Positions 28,329-39,661 of a stretch of 64,000 nt of DNA are shown one piece after another. A program made the translations under genes and the position numbers. Source of the DNA: Prorocentrum cordatum. Lineage: Eukaryota. The DNA is taken from positions 372,001 through 436,000 of the forward strand of contig CAUYUJ010000237.1 of assembly GCA_963575745.1 (NCBI GenBank), read 5' to 3'. The notes under the pieces are model-generated. The model saw only the letters and a list, made by a program, of their open reading frames with translations. It was not told the origin of the DNA and ran no database searches. How positions within the stretch are numbered: position 1 is the first letter of the stretch; each line of letters begins with the position of its first letter.

Positions 28329-29953
28329 TCAGCCATCGCCATCGTCGCTGGACGACTCTGCCAAATGGGCTTCCGCGACCGACTGCCGCTCGAGCCGGGA
28401 GACGTTAAGGTATTTCATCCACGCGGGCTGATGCCAGCCGCCCGCGCGAAGAAGGTCGGTGACCGGTCCGCCCCTGGCAGCGATGTCCTGCGCGTGCCCG
28501 CGCCTGAACGCGTGAGTGCCGAATGATTCCGCGTCGTGGCGCCCCATTTCGCCCAGCGCGCGGCGCAGCCGAGCACGTGCCGCGCCTGGGGACCACGCAG
28601 CCCAGATGGGCTGATGAGCTGGCTCGCCAACTAGCCAGGCCCCAAGAACGTGTACGGGTCAGGTGACCGCGCACTCGTCGCACCAGCACTGCCGTGCCAT
28701 CACCGAGCGGCTCTCGCGGTTCTTTCTCCTGGAGAGGTGCAGCTCGATCTTCTGATCGCCGACGACGAACGCGGAGGCCACGCAAGCTGCGGCCGCGCCA
28801 TCTTCAACCCGCACCGCGGGCAGGGCCTCCGAGGGTAGCCGAAGGAGGAATGCGTAGGCCGCCAGGCACAACATGGCGAAACGGCGACCCTCGTCACTGA
28901 CGCGCAGGTGCGACACCAGACGGGCGACGTCGCGGCCCTGAAGGGCCATGCGCGCCTTCGCCTGCCAGCCTGAACGCTTCTCGATGGCGTTCTTAGCGGC
29001 GCGAACCGCCGGGTGCCTGAAGACTTCCACGGGCCTTGCGCGCCAACTGCCGCCGCGGGCGGACGCGCGCGTTGCCGGAAGATGAGAGGCGGGCGCGCGC
29101 CGGCAAGCCACGAGGCACGCCTTCTTCACGTAAGTCACATAATTGCTGAAGGTCCCGGCGCACCTGAAGGTCGTGGACCACAGAAGCAGCCCCTCCAGGG
29201 TGGGCGGCAGTTCCTTCCCCCGTCGCTTTAAGACGCCCCTTGCGAATGTAACCCAGCACTCGAAACCGCTGCTGAGCGCGGGCAATGAGCGCGGGCATGC
29301 GCCCAGGAGAGCGCTCACCCGGGCCCTGCGCGCCCACGCTTTACCGGCCGCCGAGGAGGTGATGAGGGCTCTGGCCCGAGCAGCTTCGGCCCGCGGCCCG
29401 CGCATGTCACGCCGACCCTCGCGCCCAGCGACTGAGAGCGCCCACCGGACCGCGGACACGGGGTCCTCCGGGGGAGCTGCATGCGCCCTGCCGCTGTCCT
29501 GGCGCCCGCGTTTAGCGCTGCGAGCGACAAGCCGCATTTCGCGCGCGCACCGTGGAGGATGACGAGACGGATTCGCTCGAGGGCGACCGCGTCGCGATGT
29601 CGGTCCTGCGACGGCCGACAAGGGGGGGGCCCGCGACGAACGCGGAACGCGCAAGCAGACCTGGGGGCAATCCCGGGCGACGGGGCGGGCGCAGGAGACG
29701 CGCCCGCGCTGCCCCTGCCCAGCGCGGCTGGCGCGCCGCCGCGCTGGGCTGCCGCGATAGCCGCGCGGACCACCTCGCGGGCGTCGCAAGATAATGCCGC
29801 GGCGCCCCTGAAGTCTGCCAGGGTGACGCCAACCAAATCGCTCACGGCGTCGGCGCCGGTATCGGCAAGCAGCTCGGCAGCGGCGAACACAGGAAGAGGG
29901 CGTGCCTCAGGGCAAACCGCGCGAAGCTGAGCGAGCAATCCAGCCAGCGCCAT
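28329..29953 (-). CDS. Tyrosine recombinase, 4 predicted exons (29953-29661, 29605-29551, 29498-29101, 29034-28329), one internal TGA at 28659-28661
   Basis: Catalytic motifs LLRLPSE (R), RRKN (K), THAFRRG (HxxR), GGW and KYL (Y), plus CWCDECAVT*PVH. The spliced length of 1452 nt is a multiple of 3. Start codon and introns are predictions. Confidence 0.9.
29035..29100 (-). other. Predicted intron (66 nt, GC-AG) in YR
   Basis: CG|gcgcgc...gcaag|G. In-frame; removal gives KKACLVACRPVEVFRHP. Weaker support because no frame change is needed. Confidence 0.6.
29499..29550 (-). other. Predicted intron (52 nt, GT-AG) in YR
   Basis: ACG|gtgcgc...ctaaac...gccag|GAC. Removes an in-frame TAA and switches into the recombinase frame. 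Confidence 0.8.
29606..29660 (-). other. Predicted intron (55 nt, GT-AG) in YR
   Basis: AG|gtctgc...tcgcag|G. Together with the next intron it links the MALAGLL frame to the catalytic frame. Confidence 0.75.
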
Positions 29954-30204
29954 CGCGCGAACACCGATGACATTCTCCAGGTGCGCCGACAAACCAGAGA
30001 AGCCCTCGCGCGCCCACAGGCGAAGCGCGACCGCGACGTGCGCGAGGGAGGACGCCAACCCCTGCCCGACCTGGCGGGCGCACCCTGACCGATGAGTGAA
30101 GGCCAGCTCCATTGCACGCACGCCCAGCGCCCGAGCCGGTCATGGCCGGCGATGAGGAAGCCACGCGCTCGGATCGAACCAGGCATCGTCCAGCACCGGA
30201 GGAA

Positions 30205-32727
30205 TCACTCCGCCCCCAAGCGATACAGCAGGGAATATGACTCGCGCGACGGCAGGTCGGCGATGTTGTCCACCGACGCCACACGCTGAACGTGCAGATT
30301 GCAATTCGCATCCAGCGCCATGCGCCAGATTGAGTGGACCAGGCAATTGTGGTCAAACTGCTTCGCCGCACCGGACCGGACGGCCACTCGCTGCCTGAAT
30401 TATCCGAAAAGATGTTCACGCATCGGCCCGACAGGAGCGGCTCAAAGGTGGCCAGGCCCAGCGCGATGCTGAGCACCTCCAGACCGCCGATTTGATTGTC
30501 GCGCCTTTCCCTGAAGAGCCGAAGCAGAGGCACAGGCGGGGCGACATCGGTGAAGACAATGCGCCCGTCAATGAAAGGAACCGCGGCCACTCTAGCTGGA
30601 TTCCCCCGCGCGTCGGAGAGCAATTGGACAGACCTGGTGTCTGGCGCCTGCCACTCCCGCGTCGTGGTGAAATTTCTGGCGAGCGCTTCGTGCCACCATT
30701 GCAGGCAGACTCGCAGGTGCGCCGGGATACTAGGATGGCGCGCCCTTGCGTGCTCAATCAACGGCGGGAGCAGCGCGCGCCCGAACCGCCCGAAGGTGTG
30801 GGAGGCAGCCCAACAGAAGCGGCCTGCCAACTTGGACGCGCGCCCGCGCTCGAGCGCGCCCTCTTGAAGAGCAGCAGCGATCTCGGCGCGCCACCGGGCG
30901 CGCTTTTCCGGCAGCGGCCAGCACACGAGGCCACGCTCGTCAATCGCCACAGACAAGCCCAGGACCCCGAGCGGATTGCCGAACAGCAGCTTACCGTCGG
31001 CCACAGCGCTCGGGCCCAGAATGATTCTTACCAGTTCGGCGAACTGTCGCATTGCGTCGCGCAGCCCTTTCTTACGTTCGTCGCAGAAGAAGTCGTCCAC
31101 ATATCTGAGGACGGGGACGAAAATGAGCCTGCGGCCCAGCGCTGACAGCATCGCGCCGATGCGCTCCCAGCTGTGAACGGAGGAAGTCGCTCCGAATGGG
31201 GCGGCGAAGTGCTGAGCCACGTAGACGCATGTGCCCACGAGGACGCGACCCATGCGAGGGCGCGATGTTCCGGCAACAGCGGCACGCGCCGGAACGCGGC
31301 GTCTATGTCCGCCTTCCAGAGCCCGGGCGCTTCGCCCACGCGCGTCACAAATGCCTTGCAAGTGCCAAACAGAGCGTCGATGTCTTCATGGCCGAGACGC
31401 TCCGTCGGCTGCGACGCCGCGTTGATACGAGAGCGCGACATATCATCTACGAGCCGCAGCTTCTCGGACCCGTCCTCTCTCGACTGCCGGACGCCGACCC
31501 GCGGCGACAAAACCGCACCGTCGAGCTCGACCGCGCTGAGCGGCGCGGGATGGCTCATTCGGCCGAGCTCCGCTTCGGCGATAGTTTTGGTGAGAATCAC
31601 GGCGGAGTCGCTAGACTCCTTGAGCGTGCCGATCAGCGCGGCGTTGCCTCGCTCCGCGCCCGCGGCCAAGTCCGGCAGGCTGAGCGGTACAGGGAAAGAT
31701 TCCGGACGCCCGTTCCCCGTGCACGGGAGAGGGCCCACGAGAGGCGCGCCGCGCCGAAAGACTTCCACGCAGGCCGCGTCCTCGTAACCGATTTCGTCGA
31801 GCAGTTCGACGTGAAGAGGGCCGTTGATCGACCCTGCGATTGTGCGCACATGGGCATCGCAGCCCGCGAACCAGGCCGCCGTCGCTCCAGAGGCGCGTAG
31901 CTCGGCGTCCCTGGCCCGAATTCGCTCGAGAGTCGCTCGCCGCTCACGGCACACCTGCCGCTCCGAGCGCGCAGCAATCCAATCGATCGCCGCCAAAACA
32001 TCGCCGGGCACCACCACGGCCTTTTCAATGGCCTCTTTGTCCTCGAAGGAGTGAGAACGGGAGAGGACCTCTTCAAGAAAGGCGAGCTTAGGCGCTTCCT
32101 CAGCAGACGCAGGCGACGGCAGGTGACAGCAGCCGGCAGTGGCCAGCGCGCAACCGCGTGCATTGCAACTCGAGGCAGCATTCTGCCGGGCGCGCGAGCC
32201 CGCGAGCGTCGCGCACCACATCGCGCAGGCGCCTGATATAGTCCCATGTGGCAGCGTATTACTGGGACCCCATCGCTCCTTTTGGCGCTTTGCTGTGCGC
32301 GACGAGGAATCGCCTGCGGGGGAGTTCGACGAGCCTCCTGGCCCACAGACGGGTGGGCTGGCCCTCGCCGCGTCGCGCGTCCGAACGGACGCCGAGTAGG
32401 TTGATGTCACCAAGGCCCTGGACGCGCGGGCCAACAACGCGGCGCCCGTCTATTATTTTTTTTTTTTTTTTTTTTATTTTTTTAGTTTACGTTTTTTTTG
32501 TTTTTTATTTTTATATTTTTTTTTTTCTTTTTTTTTTATTTTTAAGTTTGTTATTTGTTTTTTTATTTTTTTTTCTGTATTTATATTTTTTCTTTTCCTG
32601 CCCAGGCCGCGGCCGCGCGCGCCTGCGGGTCCCACGGGACGGTGGCTGAGGTTGGCGCCCATGCGTTGTTATTCAAATGCCAACGTGGCGCGCGATGCAC
32701 GTCCTCATCGGCGCGCGTCCCGCACAT
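30205..32727 (-). CDS. pol (reverse transcriptase + RNase H) of element 2, with single-base frameshifts near 31242 and 30384; N-terminal structure unresolved
   Basis: KLRLVDDMSRS, LWKADIDAAFRRVP, APFGATSSVHSW and LRYVDDFF (31092-31103). RNase H motifs LLSDARG, NQIGGLE, IFSDN and RVASVDNIADLPSR. The segment 32727-32110 has a TAA at 32259-32261 and an unexplained frame change. Confidence 0.92.
32418..32622 (-). other. Predicted intron (205 nt, GC-AG) containing a 146-nt A-rich tract (32451-32596)
   Basis: CAG|gcgcgc...gtccag|GGC joins WDPQ to GLGDINLLGVR. Without the tract it is 59 nt, like the other introns. Confidence 0.65.
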
Positions 32728-32765
32728 CGCCGCGCGCCGCGGGCTGCGCGTGCCTCCGGCGGGCG

Positions 32766-34123
32766 TCAGGCGCGCGGCTTCTTCTGAGGAGAATACACCT
32801 TTCGCGAATCCCAGGAGCGCTTGTTGTAATCCCCGCGATAGGATCGGGACTGCCACCCGTCGGCTCTGGAATCGCGGTCGTTCTTCCAGGAAGTGACGGC
32901 GGCGCCCCCCGCGGCTCCCACGGCGCCCGCGGCGCTCGCGGCGCTCGCACTCTGCCCGCGCGCTGCCGCGGCGCTTTTCACTGCACCCTTGCCGGCCGGC
33001 GCGGCAACCTGCGCGACAGCGGTGGCGCAACGCGAACAAGGGATTCGGCGACGCGGCCTTAAGAGCCCGATCATATTCCGCTTCCGCCGCGCGGAGCAGC
33101 CCGACGTCAAGCGACAGCGCCGCAACGTTCACCTGCGCGCCGACGCGCGCCCGAGAATAACGCGCCGAAGCATGGTGCGGAGCTGCGGCCTGGAAGCCTG
33201 CCGCGCCGGCGGCGGCACGCTCGGCCCACGTCCTCCGCACAAGGCGGTCGTAGACCAAGGCAACCTGGGCCTTCCGTCCCTGCAGGGGGGCATCCAGTGC
33301 AACCTGGGCAAGCGCGCCCACTTCGGCGACCAGCGGACGGGCGCAAATGTCGACTCGCCTGGAGAACAACGTGTTTGTGAGCCATGGCGCTCGTGTACGA
33401 AATCTGATCAGTGACCGCGGCCGCCACGCTCCACGCGTCGTAAGCTTGGTGCCATGGCGTCCACGCCAGAAGCGGCTGGCTCTACGCCGCGGTTCCCCGT
33501 CCGAACGCTCTGGCCAACGCGGCCGCCTCTTTCGACTCGGGCTCGTCATCGTCGGGAGAGCCACCCGCGCCGCGCGCGCAAAGCGGCTGGAACTTCGCGA
33601 GCTCAGTATAAATGAACGGGCGCGCGATTCCCCTGGATTTCGCGCGCTGCACCTCGGTGGCCAGCGCATCGGTCTTCGCTGACCTGAGCGAACGATGGAA
33701 ACGCGCCAGCGCGCCGGGGCGAAGCCGCGCGGCCGCCTCGGCCACAGGGACTCCGGAAGGTCCCTCAAGCAGATCTGGGCCAGGCCAGCGCCGATGTCGA
33801 CATGCTCTCCCTTCGGCGGGAGCCCAGGATTCTGCAGCAACCGAACCGAAACGACCCGCCGAAGCCGGCGCGGGCCCCGCGGCACCCGGCGAACTCGCCT
33901 TGGCTGCCGCCACCGTCGCGCGATCCAGAGCGCGCCGCAGGACGCCCTTCGTCAGCGCCGTCGCGCCATCGGCATCCTTCAAATCGCCGAATTGAAGATT
34001 GGCCAATTCTTCTGGCATCGTCAGCCCAGTGGCTGCCAGGCAATCAATGGCGCCCTTGAACTGGATATCAGTCCACTTCGCGCCCACAACAGGGTCAGAC
34101 TGCAAGAAGGCAAGCATCGCCAT
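32766..34123 (-). CDS. gag-like ORF of element 2, 6 predicted exons (34123-33899, 33831-33737, 33683-33359, 33303-33190, 33132-33058, 33008-32766), one internal TAG at 33482-33484
   Basis: The spliced length of 1077 nt (359 codons) gives ...LPESLWPRSAKTDALATEVQRAKSRGIARPFIYTELAKFQP...AHKHVVLQVALDAPLQGRKAQVALVYDRLVRRTWAER... with a basic C-terminus. The gag label is positional. Confidence 0.82.
33009..33057 (-). other. Predicted intron (49 nt, GC-AG) in gag
   Basis: AAG|gccgcg...cgcgcag|GTT; frame-changing. Confidence 0.78.
33133..33189 (-). other. Predicted intron (57 nt, GC-AG) in gag
   Basis: CAG|gccgca...cgcgcag|GTG; in-frame. Confidence 0.65.
33304..33358 (-). other. Predicted intron (55 nt, GC-AG) in gag
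   Basis: CAG|gcgagt...gcccag|GTT; frame-changing, joins HVVLQ to VALDAP. Confidence 0.85.
33684..33736 (-). other. Predicted intron (53 nt, GC-AG) in gag
   Basis: AG|gcggcc...gctcag|G; frame-changing. Confidence 0.82.
33832..33898 (-). other. Predicted intron (67 nt, GC-AG) in gag
   Basis: AAG|gcgagt...ctgcag|AAT; frame-changing. Confidence 0.78.
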
Positions 34124-34204
34124 CGCAATCACAGCGCCACGGGGCACGAGCGAGAACCACGCCAGCTGAAGCCCGCTCGCTTGCATGCCAGCGCGCCATA
34201 GTGA

Positions 34205-34568
34205 CCAACGACAGCTCGTGGTCACTATGGACCAGAAGAGAGGGCCCCATTGGGCACGTGAACGCAGCAGGCCGCTATGGGCCGCAACGAAGCCACTATG
34301 GGCCGCAAGGAAGCCACTATGGGCCGAGCGAAGCCCCCAGAGGGCGGAGGGCCGAAACCCGACACACGGCTCGGTATTTATATCCCGCCCCAGTGCCAGG
34401 CGGAGGAAGCACGGCACGGCACTGCACCACACGACGCGAGCGGGAGGCGGAAGAGGGTCGACCAGCGCGCGGCCGACCAGCCGTGCGAGGGCGCCCCCGC
34501 GGCCAGCCGCGGGGTCGTTCACAGCGCGGGCGGATTTGTGCCAAGCAATAACTTCGTTATTCCGACCC
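34205..34568 (-). repeat. Split direct repeat A1 (5' terminus, 364 bp)
   Basis: Matches A2. Confidence 0.96.
34375..34382 (-). promoter_or_regulatory. TATA-like box (TATAAATA) in repeat A1
   Basis: AT-rich island in a GC-rich repeat, in sense orientation, ~250 nt upstream of the gag ATG. Function is inferred. Confidence 0.4.
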
Positions 34569-35479
34569 TAATAAAATGAAAAGAAAAAAAAATTTGTCTT
34601 TCTTGTTCAAATGTAATCAAATTTCAAGAATCCCTTGCAAAAAATTAGGTAAAGTGGACATTCGCGCGCGCAAGACGAAATCCTTCCAAAAGCTTAGTGT
34701 TCGGAGCGATTTTAACATAAAAACATCAAAAAACCAATGGTTTTTCAACAAAATAATGTCAAAATCTCATCCCGCGCGCTCTTGCGGATTCGTAGGAAAC
34801 CCAACTCTTTTTCAACATTTCTGTCAAACGGGCTTTTGCGAGCAACTTTTTCGAACTTCTGCGACAACGGTTGCGCACCTGCCAGGGCCATCATCCCTGT
34901 CAAATAATACATGCGGGACAGATTCGTTTTTTCTTCGCGCGCGCACGCCGAAATCTCCAAAAACCATTGGGTTCTTAAGAATTTTACCACCGCGCATCAT
35001 AAAATCACACGAATGCACCGTAGGTATGAATGCTGGAGCCACGCACGTGATACCAGTCAAAATAAGGGTCTTGGCTTGTGTGGTACAGAAACGTTAAAAC
35101 GTCGGAAAACGGTACACGTGCCCATTGTTGGAACAGGGGTATAAGTCGTATACGAAGCTAGTTTCCACAAGATGTTACCACAAGAAGTCATTGTAACCAT
35201 GCGCCAGTGTAGTAGCCAAGGTCGTCCGCAGGCCACGAAGTGAAGTGTCCGAACGTCATGGGGCGGGAAGCTGGGTGTGGGTGGTGGCGAAGAGTCGTTT
35301 GGAAATTTGGTAGAGCTTGAACCGGCCACCCCACAAAGTGGGGGTATTGCCCGCCTCCTATGAAAACCCTTTTTACTAATTTCTATTGCTTTTTGTTTTT
35401 ATTTTTGTTTTGCTGCTTGTTGTCTCTGTTTTTTCTTTGGCACTGGTGAGACCGGCGTGTCCCCTGTCTTAGAAATGAT

Positions 35480-35511
<32 letters not shown>

Positions 35512-37260
35512 GAATTCTCACTTATGAAAAATAATTTTTGTTGATCCCCCCCCCCACTGGTGCATACTATTCTTTCTCAATCAAACTGTGCCCCTCGACG
35601 CTCGCACCTTGTTTTTTGGACAGGGAAAGTCTTCATGCTCAAACTTGGTTCCTGGCCCCCGGGTTATAACAACAACGGCTCCCGCCTGAGACTTCCTTAC
35701 AATTTAGCCAGGACCCCCGCTCCCGCCCGAGACTTCCTCGCATTTTATTCAGGAATCGCGCTCTCGCCTGGGACTTCCTTACAATTTATTCAGGAATCGC
35801 TCTCCCGGCGCTCTGGAGTCGTGCTCTCGCTGGAGACTTGCTTGCAACTTGTTGAAGAATGGCCTTGCGTTGGAATTTCCTGCAATTTGCCCAAGCGCCG
35901 CGCTCCCGAAACCTGTCGCTGTCGCCGTTTGTGGCCTTGCCACTGTCCTACGTGGCCCAGTTGCTACCCTCAGTGGCCCCATAGTTGCCTTTTGTGGCCC
36001 CGCATTATCTGCACTTCGTGGCCCCCGCTCGTTCGCGCTCTTCGTGGCCCCATACGCATTCCCTTCGTGTCCCCGCTGTCGCCCTTCGTGGCCTACTTCG
36101 TGCCCTTCGTGGCCCTGCTGTCGTTCTCTCTCGCTCTCGCTTTCGCTCGTCGTCGCCGTCGTCGCCGTCGTCTTCGACGTCGTCGTCGTCGTCGTCGTGG
36201 TCGGTCCCGTGTCCGTCCCTCTTGGGGTCGGGTCGACGGTACGCGGCCGCCCCGCCGATCAGCGCTGCCGCTGGCCAGGCCGACGGTCCGCGGCCGCCCC
36301 GCCGCTTGCCGGGGCCCGGCCTGCAGGGAAGAAAGGTATACCCGCCAAAAGTTCGATCGAAGACGAAGAGGGCGGGTATCGAGGGTTTGGGAAATACGCG
36401 TTATTTGACACTCGGGCATATAAGGGCGAACGGGCTTAAAATCATTGTTGTTCTTCTTGTTGTTGATCCCTCCTCACCGGTGCATGTTTTTTTTCTCAGT
36501 CTAAGTGTGCCCCATCGACGCTCGCACCCCGTTTTTTGTCAGGGAAAGTTTCGGTGCTCAAACTGGGCCCCTGGCCCCCCAGATGACAACATCTTCCAAA
36601 TTTACTCAAGACCCCCGCTTTTGAGACTTCCTCACAATTTACTCAGGATCGGTGCTCCCGCCTGTGACTTCTCGCAATTTAGTCAGGACCCCCGCTCCCA
36701 TCTGAGACTTCTTCACAATTTACTCAGGAACGGCGCTCCCGCTTGAGACTTCTTCGCAATTGAATCAAGATTCCCTTGCAATTTAATGAAGACCCCGCTC
36801 CCGCCAGAGAGCCCTTCACATGTTATTCAAGAGTTGCGTTTTCGCTTGTGATTTCTATGCAATTTATTCACAAAATCGCGCTTCCAACGCTCAGGAAACA
36901 CGCTGCACCAAAGACGCCGATACAATTTACTAATTAGTAATCGCGCTCTCGCCATACTCAGGCATCCCGCTTGAATGTCCCACCCGCCCGACCCGCCCGT
37001 CAGGGGATCGCCAGGCTCCCGCCCGAGACTTCCTTTAGGTTCCGCGCTTTCGCTTAGGATTTCCTCGAACGTTCACGCTCTTACCTTCCTGCTCCTCCTC
37101 CCTGCCCCTCCTCCCTCCTCAGTGCTCTCCTCCCTTCTCTCTCCCTCCCCTCTTCCCTCATCCTTATGCCTCTCTGCCCTATCCCCTCTCCCTCCTTTCC
37201 CTCCTCCCTTCTTCCTCCTCTCTCCTGCCTCCTCCTTCCCTCTTTCTTTCTCTATCTCCC

Positions 37261-37291
<31 letters not shown>

Positions 37292-37334
37292 CCTACCTCT
37301 CGTATATGTTTTCCTTTTCTTTGCTTATCTCTCT

Positions 37335-37404
<70 letters not shown>

Positions 37405-37789
37405 TGCTCTGCCTCTAATCAAGTGCCCCCCTCTTCGCTCCTTCTCTCCTGGCGTTTTCCCTCTTCCTTCGTCCCTCCCCCTCCCTTCCTCCCATTCTCC
37501 CTCGTTCTCCCCCTCCTTTTTGCAGGGCCCACACGAATTCCAATGGCGGACACATGTACGCCCACGAAGGGTCGTCCTCCGCCCGTTCAGGTTTCCCCGC
37601 CTTTCTAAGCCCGCCGCCCCCCGCAAAGAGAACAAAACAAAAAACAATAGTGGTGTGACCGAAGACGAAAAGTGCGGGTATCGAGTGTATGGGGAATTCG
37701 TTTTGAATTGCACGCGGGCAAGTACAAGCGAACAGTCTTAGAATGCTTGTTGTTGTCGTTGTTGGTGTTGTTGTTGGTGTTGGTGATGG

Positions 37790-37832
<43 letters not shown>

Positions 37833-37846
37833 ACTGCTGTTGTTGC

Positions 37847-37889
<43 letters not shown>

Positions 37890-39623
37890 GAACTCTCATT
37901 CTTGAAGAATAATTATTGTTGATCCCCCCCCACCGGTGCACACTGCTTTGTTTCGATTGAAGTGCCACCCCCGGGGCTCGCACCTTGTTTTTCTCAAGGA
38001 AAGTCTTCCTGCTCAAATTGTGCCCCTGCCCCCCGGGCTACAACAACAACGGCTCCCGCCTGAGATTTCTTCGATTTTTACTCAGGACCCCCGCTCCCGC
38101 CTGAGACTTCCGCGCAATTTACTCAGGAAAGGCGCTCCCGTCGGAGACTTCCTCGCAATGTAATCAAGACCCCCGCTCCCGCCTGAGACTTCCGTGCAAT
38201 TTACGTGGGAACGGCGCTCCCGCTTGAGACTTCTTTTAATTTTATTCAGGACCCCCGCTCCTGCATGACATTTGCGCGCAATTGACTCAGGAACGGCGCT
38301 CCCGCCTGAGAGTTCTTCGCAATTTAGTGAGGACCCCCGCTGCCGCCTGAGACTTCCGTGCAATTTGCTCAGGAACGGCGCTCCCGCTTGAGACCTCCTC
38401 GCAACTTAGTCAGGGCCCCCGCTCCCGCCTGAGATTTCCTCACAATGTACTCAGGATTGCGCTCTCGCGTGCGACGTCCTCGCAAATTATTATGGAATTG
38501 CGTTTCGGCGCTCAGGAACCACGCGCGCGCCAAGGACGCCTTCACAACGTGGTATCTTCCCTCTTCCTTCGTCCTTCCCCCTCCCCTTCCTCCAACTCTC
38601 CCTCGTTCTTCCCCTCCTCCTCTTGCAGGGCCCGCGCCAATTCCAATGGCGGGCAGAGAGATGTACGCCCCCGAAGGATTGTCCGCCCGTTCCGGCTTGC
38701 CCGTACGTCTAAGCCCGCCGGCCCCAGCAAAGAGAAAGAATCCCCACGAAAGGGGTGTGATCGAAGACGAAGAGGGCGGGTATCGAGGGTGTAGGGTATA
38801 CGTGTTGAATGACTCGCGGGCCAGTAAAAGCGTACAGCCTTAAAATGGTTGTTGTTGTTGAACAGTATTACTTCTAAAGAATAATTATTGTTGGGACCCC
38901 TGGTGCACGACCCCCCCGCCGCGCCTAGGCCGCAGCCACGTTTTTATCATTTTCGTGAGGAAGCCTCAGGCAAAACGATGTGGTCCAGATCCGGTTGTTT
39001 TGTTGTCCCCCGTTTTCCCTTGCAACAAACACTATAAAATGACATTTCTTGTTCTAACATAACCAAACTTCAGGAATCCATTGCAAAAAATGACACAACG
39101 TGCACATTCGCGCGCGCAAGACGAAATCTTTCCAAAACCTTAGTTTTCGTAGCGATTTTAACATAAAAACATCAAAAACCAAATGTTTTTTCCAAAAAAA
39201 AAAATGTGAAAGTTCTATCCCGCGCGCTCTTGCGGATTCGTAGGAAACCCAACACTTTTTTAACATTTCTGTCAAAAGGGCTTTTGCGAGCAACTTTGTC
39301 GAACTTCTGCAACAACGGTTGCGCACCTGCCAGGGCCATCATCCCTGTCAAATACTACCATGCGGGACACATTTGTTTTTTCTTCGCGCGCGCACGCCGT
39401 CGTCGTCGGCCGCGGGGCCCTGAATAGTAGCCACGGTCGTCCGCGTGCCACGAAGTGAAGTGTCCGAACGTCATAGAGCGGGAAGCTGGGTGTGGGTGGT
39501 GGCGAAGAGTCGTTTTGAAATTTGGTAGAGCTTGAACCGGCCCCCCCACAAAGGGGGGGTATTGCCCGCCTCCTATGAAAACCCTAGCACTGGTGAGAAC
39601 GGAGTGTCCCCACGTGCTAGTAC

Positions 39624-39661
<38 letters not shown>

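Larger units (their letters stand above)
27484..34568 (-). mobile_element. Full-length tyrosine-recombinase retrotransposon with split direct repeats (Ngaro/PAT-type), intron-containing (element 2)
   Basis: In sense orientation: A1 (34568-34205), gag, RT/RNase H, YR, B1 (28213-28046), A2 (28045-27682), 32-bp spacer, B2 (27649-27484). No target-site duplication seen. Confidence 0.95.

Noticed and set aside
30380..31245. The two pol frameshifts as introns or programmed frameshifts
   Set aside because: Each is fixed by restoring one base, with no spare sequence or slippery site; decay or sequencing error is more likely.
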